DNA of 64,000 nucleotides, from contig JBLDXI010000009.1 in NCBI GenBank assembly GCA_047495785.1, forward strand, positions 2,976,001-3,040,000. The letters run 5' to 3'. Below, piece after piece: positions 46,812 to 60,127 of the stretch; the first letter of the stretch is position 1; every line of letters begins with the position of its first letter. Source of the stretch: Lepidodermella squamata. Its lineage: Eukaryota > Animalia > Gastrotricha. Under the pieces are notes generated by a model, which was given only the letters and a program-made list of their open reading frames with translations, was not told the origin of the DNA and ran no database searches. Made by a program: the position numbers and the translations under genes.

Positions 46812-47901
46812 CAGTGCCGGATTTTCCTTGAAGCAAACAAGGCAATTGCCTTTGGGCATCGCGATTTTTGGGCCCTTCGAGAAAAATCCAAAGGGGGATC
46901 GTTATGCCCCAAGGGCCCCCATATTGTCTAATTCTTTTTAAAAAATTGCAAAGGGGGACCCTTTGTGAAACAGGCTTTGATGATCAATTTTTGGCCTTTA
47001 GACAGAGCTGTTTGGCCACAATTTTGAAAATTTGCTCACTTCGCTTGCACTGGTCTATCACTTCGGTCTAAACTCTGCGACTAAAGCTTACAATTGTGTG
47101 CAATTGTCGACAGTACTGTGTGCAGGAAGCATTCGCACCATTATTAAATGTTTGATCAAATCCCAAATTAAACGATGTTTTACTGTACATGAGGTGGCTT
47201 AGGGCTATAGCCAACGTCACAATTATGGATAAAATCAGAAATGATGACATAAGAAAAATCTGTGAAGGTATAGAACCTATCTCAGCTCAAATAGAACATA
47301 ACCGACTACGTTTCTTAGGGCACATTCTTAGAATGAATGACGATAACCTAGTCAAGCAAGCATACTTATGGACCCCACCCAAGGGCTGGCATAGGAAGTT
47401 AGGCAGGCCCAGGGTAGGATGGAATTATTGTAACACTCAAAGCTTATTGCGAGCAAAAAATCTTGAAAATTACAAAAATTTCGTAAGCGTCTACAATAAA
47501 AATGTCTAAATTGGGACAAAATTGAGGAGACAGCTTGTGATCGATGTGACCAAATGATTACTGTACAGAGCTAAATCTGTGTAATTTCGTGCATGTTACC
47601 AATTTGGAAACCAACATTTTGAAGTTACAGCCGCCAAAATTCGAGGTAAAAAGTTAGGAAAATTAGTATTTTGGCAATTTTTATTGAAAAACTCCTGAAA
47701 TTTACTCGCTTCACTCGAAATAATTAGTTCAAATTACATGATGTCATCTCCACCAACGTGGCAGCGAAGTTTTCAATTAAAAACCCTGCGACAGTCCAGC
47801 TCTCAGGTCATTAAATTGTAACAACCAAATGTATAGGGGCCCCTGAAGATGGAGATTGCCTAGGGCCCCGAGAAATTTCCAACTGGGAAATTCCGGCACT
47901 G
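46812..47901. mobile_element. hAT-type non-autonomous element nested in the previous element
   Basis: TIR CAGTGCCGGA(T/A)TTTCC; perfect 8-bp TSD CGTATAAT (46804-46811 / 47902-47909); subterminal GGGCCC motifs. Confidence 0.85.
47189..47440 (+). mobile_element. 3' fragment of an RTE-type LINE ORF inside the hAT element
   Basis: WLRAI..V...DKIRNDDIR...RLRFLGHILRM..NLVKQ...W....R..GRPR..W, the typical RTE ORF C-terminus. Confidence 0.8.
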
Positions 47902-48681
47902 CGTATAATATCATTCAAATGGTTCAGCTGTCAGAAATTTAATTAGCTAGTAGCGACTAGTTCTGCGGCTTGGGTATTTTCTATGCCGCAGGCCGAATAT
48001 TTGCATCCTGGGTATTGGCGATCTTCGTCTATGCAATCGACTACAGTTCGATCGACACTGTACGCGAGAGTACAGTCATGAACTGTACTAGGCGCTACAG
48101 CCGATCTGAGATGTACATTGTACTACAGTCACTGAACTGTACTGAGCTTTACAGCCGATGTGAGCTGTACTGTACAATACAGTCTTTGAACTGTACTAGG
48201 CGCTACAGCCGATCTGAGCCGTGCTATGCATTACATACGACGCACTGTAAATGACTGTACAGTTTCAACCGGCTGTACAATTATTTACAGCTGCGAGAAC
48301 TGTACTTGGCACTTGGCAATACAGTAAAATAATAAAAAAAATCCCCAAAGTGCGGGTTCTTCCGCGACTTGAACGATATGACGCCCCATGCCACAAACGA
48401 ACATTCTAATACGCTAGCGTTATAGTCCGAGAGGATCAAAGTCCACGTTTAGCTGAAAAATGAGATCGTCACTTCGTCGTAGTCGTCGTGTCCGAAAAAT
48501 ACTTGATTGGCTTATTCGCGTATTAACTACGCGTATTAACTCAGAAAAAACTCTACCTTAAAATTCGTATTTTTTCACCTGACTCGTAATGAGACTCGTA
48601 ATGCGAACTGGAACTGCTATAATTCAGCTGCGATGGTCAACTAAAAATGTTCACTTCGTATATTGATTTTTGTAGCAATTT

Positions 48682-51600
48682 ATGCTGCTAATTGCAACCT
48701 TTTTACTTACGAATTTGAAGCTGTCAGACCAAGAGCTTAGTGGCTTTGGCACATGGCACGAGAAATCACTTGGTCCCGGCCGTGTTACTGTGACGAAGCC
48801 ATTAAATAGTAAGAGCCGGATTCTCGCACCTGAGGAGGAGAATCCTAACACACTGGTTGTCAACTTTGTTATTCCTAAAACTAACCACAGTGGCCGATGT
48901 GAGTTGGCAATAAACCGGCGATTTATTCCATCAAATTTCACCATCGATTTTGAAGGCACAATCGGGACTTACAAAACGTGCCAATACAACGGAATAGCCT
49001 CCTTTGAAAATTCCCCCCACCTAACCAAATGCACGTTCAGCTTTTGCCCAGGCTTCAAATCTGGGCTAGTTTGGTTACCCGGCGACAAAGCTTTCATTTC
49101 CATGGTGGGTGGTGATGTGGTGTCGTGGAATTTTTCGATGCTTGGTGAATATCGAAATCTGCCGTATATCAACCGAATGTCCACAGAAACTATTAAACAT
49201 AGTTCTTTGAATTTTGAATGGATACGTGAGTTGAAAAGGGCTATTCAACCTCGCCAATGGTATCACTTACGAGTCCTTGCGCTCGTATCAGCAAGCGCCT
49301 TCACATCGATTTTTGAGTCGAATGTAGATCTGACTTTTTCAGCGATATCGAATATTTTCAATTTTGTCAACTTGGTTTGGTCCCAAAATAATGTTTTGAT
49401 TTACTTACCTCTGATTAAAATACTCAATGAATCCTCATATAACGACACAGCTTGGGACATAGACAGCGACATGGTTTACGTGAAGAATAATATCTGGTCA
49501 GATTCCAACTACTCGAAACAGTTTGATTACGTAATTTTATTTAAACATTTGCAAGCTGAATTTGATAATCAAACCAATCAAATCGGCCTTACGAATTATT
49601 ATAGTGCCTGTAAAAGGCGAGATTCATTGGCTAGCTTGGCTATTGTTAGATTATCAAGGCCTGACCTCGCATTACAAGGCAGAATTTTTAAGCTTTCAGC
49701 CACCATAGCTCACGAATTGGGACATGCCTTTGGTGAGTGTTAGTAGGAATCGAATGCAGCTCTTTTAAATATTCATGCTTGCTGAAATTATAGGCGCAGA
49801 ACACGATACTGAGAATTGCACATGTCCAAGCTATGATCGCAACTGTGTGATGCTTCCTGCAGCGGGAAAGGACAGTGCACGGAAAGTTTATTGGGCGTGG
49901 TCGGATTGCTCCCGTGGCTTCATAAGTGAATACTTGAAAAGTCTTAGCCAATTTGCGCCTTTTTGTCTCAAGAAACCGCCGGAAATGAGCCCGAAATATG
50001 GGATTAAGGAAGGAATCTGCGGTAATGGTATTGTGGAGGAGGGCGAAGAATGTGACTGTGGAATCGAGACAGGGCCTCCTGGAAGATATAATTTTCCGGG
50101 ACTTTTTTGTAAAGACAAAAAATGCTGCAATTTTAGAACGTGCAAACTGCACAAGCGCGCCGCCTGTGCCCAAGGTGAATGCTGCAATCCGTCGACGTGC
50201 TCGTTCTACAACGATTCGAAGCTATGCCGATTAGCAACTTCGCAGTGTGACCTGGCTGAATTTTGCTCTGGAAATTCATCGGTTTGCTCGCCAGATCGAG
50301 TGTTCATGACAGGAACGCGTTGCTCAATCACCTATGAGTCGAAGATCTTCAACGGAACATGTCATGCCGGTGACTGTTTAAGCCGGGAAGAGAGCTGTTC
50401 ACGCTTGATGGGTGGGGTGTTTTCCGAGGATCGAGCATTTAAGTGTCAGTCTAACAATATGCTAGGGGAGAAAGGGGCAAACTGCGGGCATGAAAGTTTA
50501 GTTGGCAAGGAGGCTAGGGATAGATTATATCATCGTTGTGTTAATGCGGAAGATGGTCAATGTGGATCGCTGACATGTTGGAATGTCAATGTTTCGGCGT
50601 TGGCAGAGCGCAGAATGAAGTATGTAAGGCGAGGCAAGTGTTTTTCTTTCGACAGCGATACGGTTAGTTTCTACGCATAATACCCTTTACCCTTTTAAAG
50701 GATTAAGTTATTGGTAAGTCTTCAATTCTAATGTTTCTGGCAATAAAGTTCCCAGATTCTGGTTTAACGCCGGATGGCATGCCATGCTCAAACGAAACGA
50801 AATATTGCATGAATAATAAATGCAGCGAGGCCATGCCTACTTGTGACGATCCACCCTGTGACAATTTTGGTGCCCGCGTTTATGATTGGGAATGGCGCGA
50901 TACTAACTATACTGATCCATGGATCATCCCAGATCCTCCCATGTTGCCACGAAAAACAACTGTTAGACCGACAATAACCACAACGACTCGCGCGAAATTA
51001 AGGACAACGATGAGAACCCCACAAACTACCCACAAAAATGTCTACTTCTCCACTGCGATCAGCAATACAATGAAAACTTCGAGTAGCAACGGCAGTGCAA
51101 TAACTTCCCCCACAAATAAGGCTTCAAGAACAGCTGTGACAACTGCCAAATCTACGCCAGTGCCTTCAATGAAAACTTCTACTCCGAGGGCAGCAACGGT
51201 ATCGATAGTTACTTCCACTACAAAGGCTGCAACCACTGCTAGGACAACCACCAAATCGAAGAAAATAAGGACAACGATGAGAACCTCACACACTACCCAC
51301 AGAACTGTCTATTCCTCCACGGCGATCAGCAGTACAAGGACAACTTTGACTAGCTCCAGCAATGCCAGAACTTCCACAACAAAGGCTTCAACCCCTGCTA
51401 GGACAACCACCAAATCTGCAACAGTGACTTCAACGAAAAATTCTACTTCGAACGTAGCAAAGGTGTCGATTGTTTCTTCTACTACAATGGCTTCAACCGC
51501 TGCTAGGAAAACTACCATTCCTGCGACAGTGCCTTCAACGAAAAATTCTACTTCGAACGTAGAAACGGTGTCGATAGATACAAGCACAGCGAAACCCGAA

Positions 51601-51759
51601 GTCGTCACCCCGTTTCACTATCATAACCATGCTGACTTGCAAGGAATCAGCCCGACGAAGAATTCAGCTCTAAACCTGTATGTAGCTGGCGAAGCTGTGC
51701 GAGTTTTCCTGACTTACCTTCCCGCGGTTTCATTTCTGGTATTTAATCTCGTCCGCTGA
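48682..51759 (+). CDS. ADAM-type metalloprotease-disintegrin B (tandem paralog with longer mucin stalk)
   Basis: HELGHAF|GAEHD, CVM Met-turn, disintegrin and Cys-rich domains; same two introns as A; expanded Thr/Ser repeats 50950-51600. Confidence 0.9.
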
Positions 51760-51976
51760 AATTACTGTGGTTAATTAAGTCATTTTATGCCATTTTATGT
51801 ACCACATTTCACACTGGAATAAAAAATACTGATCTGGATTTTTCAAGATTGCTCACATTTACTTATATGTTTTTCACAACATTCAAGTAACATTAAACGT
51901 TAGAAGTCCAGTACAGATTCGACGACAAGTGCGACAGACGAGAGTTAATAGAGTTAGTAGCTGATTCCTATGAAAC

Positions 51977-54900
51977 CTAATGCTTATTATTACCCGGCTG
52001 GTTTTTAAGAGACAGGTTCATTGGCACTAGAGGCTCTTCATCATAAGGCCAGCCGTCGTAATCAAGAGATGGCCCGTAACTTGGTTGTTGCCCCGTGTTT
52101 CGCATTTGCGGCATATAACGATAATTATGCAAAGTCGGTGAAGCGCGCCCGTAGTAGGGATTAGCATGCGCATGGTGCGGAAAATTCAGTCCATAAGCTC
52201 CGGGTGAATGATCCGAAAGGGGCGACCCATCGCCTGCATTGAAACGTCGACCGTTGTCAAAGCTTTCCTGTCGCACTTTCGGCCAGCAAACCGCAAGAGA
52301 AGCACGTTCAATCTTTGGCACTGGAGTTGGCGGCACTGTGGGTAGGAGTCGACGGGGGAACTCGACGCGACTCGGTCGAGCCGGAACTGCTGGCAGTAAC
52401 CGACGGCGAGGCGGATAATAGCTGCCTAACATGTCTACCCCCAACAGCTGCGGGGCCCCCAGTTCAGCTCGAATAAACTTCGGAGCGATGTCCTCTTCAA
52501 CAGAAGAAAATACTTCATCCAGAGCAATTTCAGGAACAGATTTCCGCTTTCGGGGTTCGGCTGGTTTCATCGCCGGTTCGCTATTTCTAGGTGGCTCAGA
52601 TTCTAATCGGGAGAGAGACAGTAGAGATCGGCGTCTGTTGTGGCTAATGCTCGAAGTGCGGGTTTTTGGAGCCTCAAGTTCAACGCTGTCATCGCTAGCA
52701 ACTCGTTGCTGCCCGCGAATGGATTGAAGCCGTTGAAACTTGTTAAGTTGAGGCTTAATAGGCTGTGGCTTTGATATCACAGTATCTTGGTGCGATAGAA
52801 AACGATGCAAACGTTCGAGCTCTGGTGAATCGTTAGGTTTACTACCCTGAACAATTGGCAATGCCAGACTGCCGCATGGTTGGGATTTTGTCGCACTAAC
52901 GGTGACGAAGCCTGAAATTGTATCGTTCTTCGGAATTTGAATGCTCGACATCTCAGCAGATCTGATTTCGATATTTCTAGGTGGGATTTCTTCAAAGCTT
53001 TGGTTACAATCAACAACTTCCGACCCCGTCATCGATGTTTCATAAATAATCGGGCAATCATGGCCTGAAGGGAGCTCGGGCTGCGGTAATGGCCGCTTAG
53101 AGAGACTTCTTTGAAGTTCAGTTGGCTTAACAGCAACATTATTCGGAGGTACTTCCCGCTCATCAGAGCTCATCTCAATATTGCTGGTTACGGAGTTTAT
53201 TATTGGCCGGGGCAAGGCTCGCCTTGACAAGCTTTTCTGTAACGCTAAAGGTTGGGCATTGGCAATGGCTTGAGAATCACACAGCGATTCCATCTGATTC
53301 TCCACGATCTTAATTTCAGGTTGAGGCAGCGGCCGCCTTGAAACACTCTTTTGAAGCATTAAATGATGCTGAGGCGTGTCCAACTTGATATCACTGCCAA
53401 GATCTGGAGGAGGCTGGTCAGCAATCGGAATGCATCCTGGTTGAGGAAGAGGCCGCCTTGAGATGCTTTTTACCAACGGCTGCAGACCTTCTTCCGAAGG
53501 AACCTTCGCCGTATCTTCAACCTCCAGCTTCGGTTGGGGAAAGATTCGTCCCGATAGCGTTCTGCAAACAGCTAAGAGTTGCGCACGATCATCTTGTTGT
53601 TGAGACCCCTCTGTGGGTATCGACTCATTACCGAGTGTAACGCTTGCCAATCGTTTCACGCTAACCTTTCGACGTAACGGGGACTGAGGTTCAGTTAATT
53701 GGTTATTAACTGGTAACTGGTGAGGATGAACCATGAGCGACGTTTCCTGGTTTGAGTAATGATGCGAATCGCCTAATTCAAAGCTTGATTTCGGCAGAGA
53801 CGTTGTGATTGCCTGCCAAGCACCAGTAGCAAGTGCCACGTAAATGCTAGGCATAGGCACTGGTGTCGGGCTAGAAGCTCGTGGATTTCCTAATGTTCGC
53901 ATAAAGGTTGATTGTTCGAGGCGTCGGCGAAATCGGCGAAACTTGCGCACTTCCTGAATATCCGAGTTGGCCTCATCGAAACCCATCTGCGCGTCCAAGT
54001 TCTGCCAATGGCGACGATAAACTGTTGACGTCGAAGATGGCTGGGCTGTCTAGTCACAGATAAAACAGTTGAATATCGATTGAATAGTGATAGCCAGCGG
54101 CCAGTCACAAGTAACGAACCAATGGCGTCTTCGCAAAAGCTGTACCAGATCCTTGACTTGCACGTCGCAAGTCTCGAAATCTCCTCCAGTTGTTTAAAAT
54201 GATGATGCCAGAGTATATCTTGCCTAAAATTCGCCAGAAAATAACTTTTGCAGAATTTGCATCCTTAAGATGCTTACCTATCGTTGTCTGATGCTCATCA
54301 GTCGCTTTTGCAGGAAGTGGAACGAGAAGGTCCAGCATGTGCTTCGATTCATGCGGCCACAACTTGCGTATCGAGGCACGCAGTTCCCGATCTCGATCGT
54401 CCATTTTCTCAGCCACGTCCAGTTTTATTTTAAGAGACTGACAACAGGAATATCAGTCAGAATGATAACAATTTCGTTAAAAGCTACTCACCTCTCGAAT
54501 AAGGCCAAACAATGTCGTGTTGAATTGAACGGTTTTGTTCTCGTCGAGAGGTGCGTTCATTCGAATCAGTTTCTGCTCAAAAACATTATTGAGTCATTCT
54601 GGAATTGAGACCTGAAACTAACTCTGAATGCAAGCCGAGCTGGGCAGTTGTTACCAAAGCCGAGTGGAGGCTCAATCGTTCGTAGGAGTTCATACATGTC
54701 GCTGTAGTGAACGCGACCGGTTGCATCCGGGTCATATTCAGTCCAAGCACGAACGTATTCCTCAAGGTGATGCGGACCCAAAATTGAGGCGTCACGAGTT
54801 AAATAGTCAAAATTATCCATAATAACTGCGATGAAGAGATTGAGCATCTGAATCATTACATAATTACATGCTCGTCTGACGTATCAAAAGTGAAAATTAC

Positions 54901-57900
54901 CAAAAATGTTGATAAGAAAACGAATGAGACGAAATAGCTGATAGCTACGAAATCTTGGCCGCAAGTTACTGAGGTTGAGCCGCTAGCTGCTATGTAAGAA
55001 GGGTCGCATGGCCGGCCACTGAAACAGCTCAACATGACTTGCTGCCAGGCCTCGCCCGTGGCACATCGGAATAAAAGAAGTAAGCTAGTGAAGAAATTGC
55101 GAAAATTATTCTGCCTATTCAGTTGAGAGGTCTCATCAAGAGCTATGTTCCCAAACACTTGCATGCCAATGATCTAAAAAATTGAAATCTTTAGTTAGGT
55201 TAGGCAGGGAAATGAATCAGTAACGAACGGCGTAAATGAAGAAGAGCATCCCGATTAGTAAGAATACCCATGGCAGAGCTTTGCATGATTGAATGAATGT
55301 CCAGAGGAGAACTCGGATAGTTCCACCCAGCCTCAAAAGTTTGATAAGACGGGCGGCGCGGAATAAACGCAAGAAGCCAAGGTTGATCAGGCTCTGCCCG
55401 CCAATAACATCCTGTGCAATAATATCAGCCACACTCCCGACAACAATCAGAAGATCGAAAGCATTCCAGGGATCTCTGAAGAAGTTGGTAAGTCCAAAAG
55501 CCACAATTTTGAGGCAAGCTTCAGCGGAGAAAATGGCAGTGAATGCGAAGTTAACCCGGCCAAGCACGGTTTCATAAAGCTCGTCCTCAGCAGATTTCCC
55601 ATCAGCTTCGTTATTCTTGCTCTTGAGCATTAGTACCAGTGTGTTTAGTACGATGATCGTCATTATGGCATACTCAAACAACGTTGACTCAACTAATCTC
55701 CAGAATTGGAACCGAATCGAACGACGGTTAGCTGGCATGAAACGAGAAATTGGCCGAGCGTTCATCGCGAACTCAATGCACCGCTTCTGGTTTCGGTCAA
55801 TATCATGATCTGCTAATTCTTGTTCGCCTTGCTCTTGGAATGTGATGATTATCAACGCGACGAAAATATTGATGAAGAAGAATGGAAATACAATGAAAAA
55901 CGCGATCTAGAAAGTTTAAATGGTGTTGAAACGAAAAATCATTAGAAAAAACGAACGTAGAAGAAAGCTGACTCCGTCGAGTAACCCGGCTGTCCACCAT
56001 GGCCTTCTTGTGTTGCATCCATTGAATTCTTAAGAACCAAGGGCCAACCTTCGCCAGTCGTAACCGTGAATAGAGTCAGCATGGCAGAGGCCAGGTTGTC
56101 GTAGTGGAAGTCGTTTTGCTTCCAAAGGCGCTTCTCAACCCTTGGAGCGGTGCTTCTCAAATCGTAGACGTAAAACTCCCCTTCACACTCGTCCGGTATC
56201 AATTTCGAGGCATCGGTGCAGTAGAAGAATTTTCCCTTGAACAATTGGACAGCAATGCAGGCGAAGATGAAGTGAAAAAGCGCGTAAACTATCAGAATGT
56301 TCGTCACATCTTTCAACGAGTTGATTACGCATGAGAAGACGGCTTTGAGTTTCGGGAGTCGGTTTATCGTTTTAAGAGGCCGAAGAACTCGCAGTGCTCT
56401 GAAAGCTTTGATAGTGTTAAGATTCTTACTAGCAGCTCCTCGACCCGCTGTAGCACCAGTTAACTCGGCGTGGGTTGTAATCGCGAACCCAGTCAGAGCG
56501 CAAATAACAACCAGAGCGTCGAGAACATTCCACAGATCTCGGAAGTAGGCGCCAGAATGGGCGAATAGGCCAAGATCAATCATTTTCACAATCATTTCAA
56601 TTGTGAAGACCCCGGTGAAAACGTAGTCGACATAGCCCAAAATACGGTTTCGCTCTGCTTTCTCGTCGATTGGATCCTCAGCTGCCAGTGAAAGGCTTGA
56701 AGCTCCGATAACAATCATGATGAAGAGGTCGAAGTAGCGCAACGTAGCAATCCAATGGCATAATCGTCTGATTCTGAAAAAGGAAATTTCTCAACTCAGT
56801 CCTGCTATTATCAAATTATGCGTCTTACGGATTGTTTGGACCAAAGATAAAGAAAGTTTTCACCGGCAGCATTGGTGGGGGTCCTTGCGCAACATCAGCA
56901 TCTGGAGGCGTATCGACAACCTCGTTATCAGCAGTAGCTGGGGGTATTTCAATGACAGTGACTACACTTGGACTGTCTTTTTCTATTTTGGCGGCAGGAT
57001 TCGATTTCGCATCGGACTGAGTTTTAGTTATTGGGTCGCTCTGAGCAGGTTTCGCTTTTGCGGCCTGCCTTGCTTCTTCAATGGCCGTCATCTCCCGAGC
57101 ATGGCTCAAGTTATCTACGGCAATAGCCAGAAACACGTTTAGCAAAGTATCTAAATAGCGAAAAATCCAATCAAAATTTCGTTTTAAATGTTAAAATGAG
57201 CTCACAGTTGCCGAAAAGGACTAATAGGATGAAGTAAATTGAGTAGACCATGCCTCCGCCATCAACTCCGCCCATCGATCGAATGCCACAGTACAGAACT
57301 TCATTCCAATCTTCGCCAGTCAGTATTTGGAACACAGTCATCATAGCGATTGGCAAGGTATCGAAGTTCGCAGCTGGGCGACCTTCGGGAAAGTTCCACC
57401 GACCACCGAAAATCTGCATCCCCAACATGGCGAAAATAAGTACGAAAAGGAACAATAAGAACAACAGCGAAATAATCGACCGCATTGAGTTGTAAAGTGA
57501 CATGACAAGATTGCGGAGGGAAAGCCAATATCTCGTGAGCTTGAAGATGCGGAGTAATCGTAAAGATCGAAGAACTGAAATGCCGAATGAATCTTGAGGT
57601 CTGAATTCTCCCCAAATGACCTCGGCAAGGGAGCCAACTATGATGAGTGTGTCGAAGACTCGAAAAGCTGACAGAAAGAAGATTCTGGGGCCGAATGCAT
57701 ACAGCGGTATAGCTGTTTCGAGAATAAACAGGGAAGCAAAGACAAACTCGGAGTAATCTGAAAATAAAATCACGGATTTTGGAAGCTATTGACAAACGAA
57801 ATATGGTTTTTACATAAAAATTGAGTGAGCCACTCTGGCTGATTGTAATGTTCGATTGCGAGGCAAAAAGAGTTGATGAAAACTAGCGCAATGACACTCC

Positions 57901-59810
57901 AGAACCAGGCCTCAGTTTTGACGATTCTGCGCAACCTCACGCGAATCCGCTTCTGAAGAAGAGACCATCTCTCACAGCCAAGACATGAGTAAAGCCACGA
58001 ATGCTCCGGCATTCGTACGCGTAGGCTTAGATGGTCCAAGCTGAGTTGCTCCTGTTGCAAATTCTTCCGCTTAACTTGGGGCGTATTGTGCACGGATTGA
58101 AGCGGGGCAGTTGGGTGGCTGGTTAACAGGTCGTCATTCTCATCATCATCGTCGCAGTCTTCTATATCAACTGTTTCATTCAAGTTGTTCTGCTGCTGGT
58201 TGGAACTATTCGCACGTCTCAGCATGGCTCGTTTTTGGCGTCGACGGATTTGACGTAGATGCTTAGCAGCCGCCTGTCTACGACACTCTATGATTCGCAG
58301 TTTTTCCTCCTCACTCTGCTCGTCCTCGTTCAAAATCGCGTTCTCAGCCGCTGTTATCCAGTCAATGTAGTTATCCAGTTCCATTTTCATGTGCTCACGT
58401 CGCCGCATTCGCATGAACCGTCTTCGCTTTTCAACCCGCTTCCTCTCCCTCGCGAATTCTCCGCTTAAAACACCGAGAACCAGGTTCAACATGAAGAACG
58501 AGCCAACAATGATAAGTGGTACGAAAAAGACCCAGCTTGTCGCACTCCCTGTTGCGTCATCAGTCCAATGCATGATATTCACCCAACCCTCCATCGTCAC
58601 GCACTGGAACACAGTCAACATAGCGAATCCTATATTGTCGAATGAAGTTATCCCATAGTTCGGCCCGACCCAATACCTCAGACAGAACGTTGTTTGATTG
58701 CTTGAGCTGGATGCTGGACATCGATAGCCGACGGAATAAGCTGAGCAGGGTCTGGCATCGTGTGGTATGACGTCATCAGAATACGGATTCACGCAGGTTT
58801 GATGGAAAATTCCGCTGTAGAACTCGAGGCCGATGATTGCGAACATCAGCAATGCGAACAGGACGAGCAACGCGATTTGAATTAAAGGAGCCATTGCCCG
58901 AACAATCGAACTCAACACAACTTGCAGACCTATTAGAAAATTTGCTTAACTGAATGAAACACCTCGGTTTTAGAGACTTACTTGGTATTCCTGAGACTAG
59001 TTTGAGAGGCCGCAAGACTCGAACAGCTCGAAGGACTCTCAGATCGAATAGCCGTGAACTAGTGACGAAGAAGGGAATCAAGCCAGTTACGACAACCGTG
59101 AAGTCTACAAGATTCCAAGGATTCCGCAGGTAAGCTCCCCTTTGCAGGATGAATCCTGATGCAATTATTTTAAGCCCTGCTTCAATGCTGAAAATCCCGA
59201 GGAAGTACACCTCAGTTTCTTCAAGCATCAAACTCAATGGCCGTTTGTCATCTCGTGGCAGTCGCTGCTCGAGGCCTAGTACTATGCAATTTGCTACAAT
59301 AGTGGCGAGGACCAGCCATTCAAACGGCGACCATTCATTTATAGCCCGGGCACATTTTCTCACAGCGTTGGTTTTATCGAAAATGAAGCATGATCTTTGA
59401 TTGTGAGTGATGCCTGGAATTCGAAGATGAATCACGCGGCGGTAAAATAGCAGCCATTTACTAGGTCGGTGCTCGACATGCGCCGAGCCGATGCTCTCGC
59501 CCATTTTGAAAATTTGCCTCAATTTATTTGAGGCGGCTTCATCACGTGACACGCTTGTTCGTAATGTAGCAGTCGTAGCTTTCACCAGCGTTGGGCTAGT
59601 AGGAACCGCCCCGCTTTCTACGCTAGATGCTCGATGATGAAGGCTTGCCTCAAGGCTTTTTATGGATAAATGCCCGATTGATTGCTGGCTTATCTGGCGT
59701 GGGGTTGAACGCGCAGCTTGCATGTGGCGCTGCGAGGGAGGACTGGGATAGCCGGCTAGTTGAACCCGCATTCCCTTAGCTTTAACCACCGTCTCCACTA
59801 CGGCATCCAT
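51977..59810 (-). CDS. Voltage-gated calcium channel alpha1 subunit, Cav2 (N/P/Q/R, unc-2/cacophony-like) type; multi-exon
   Basis: Four repeats with S4 segments and EEEE filter (TMEGW, TGEDW, TGEGW, TGEAW); Cav2-type motifs [33 protein letters not shown]; EF-hand region; long C-tail joined via an AG acceptor near 54049. Confidence 0.93.
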
Positions 59811-60127
59811 TGCTGTTTGAAAATGTGACTAAAATAAGTGAGCTAGTTTGTGCGCACACCATGTTTACGCGTGACCTAATGACAAGCGCAATTAATGTCA
59901 ACGCTAATCAGGTGATGTTTTCAATTTATAATCTCGCGTATTGATTCGAAGATATATTTAGCACCTTTTTTATTCAATTTTCATCTCGGAGAGGGTATAT
60001 CAGGAAATTTATGAAAAAATCTCGAATAATTTTCAAAAAAGTAGAGGATGTTGTACATTTCGAAAGCCGATTTCACGAACATCAAAAAATTAGCAGCCGC
60101 CATTAGAGGGAATAGTATTTCGGGGTT

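Larger units (their letters stand above)
46533..48379. mobile_element. Non-autonomous DNA transposon with imperfect TIRs and dense CTGTAC/GTACAG subterminal repeats; family unresolved
   Basis: GTCGCGGAAGA(G/A)CCCGCACTTT at 46555 and its reverse complement ending at 48368; ATATCGTTCA extends the match; many ctgta/tacag units at 46590-46800 and 48040-48325. Confidence 0.65.

Noticed and set aside
46590-48325. CTGTAC/TACAG periodic repeats as a CRISPR-like array or coding repeat (ORF 47970..48254)
   Set aside because: Eukaryotic context, degenerate 5-7-nt units in both orientations, no constant repeat-spacer structure; explained as transposon subterminal repeats.
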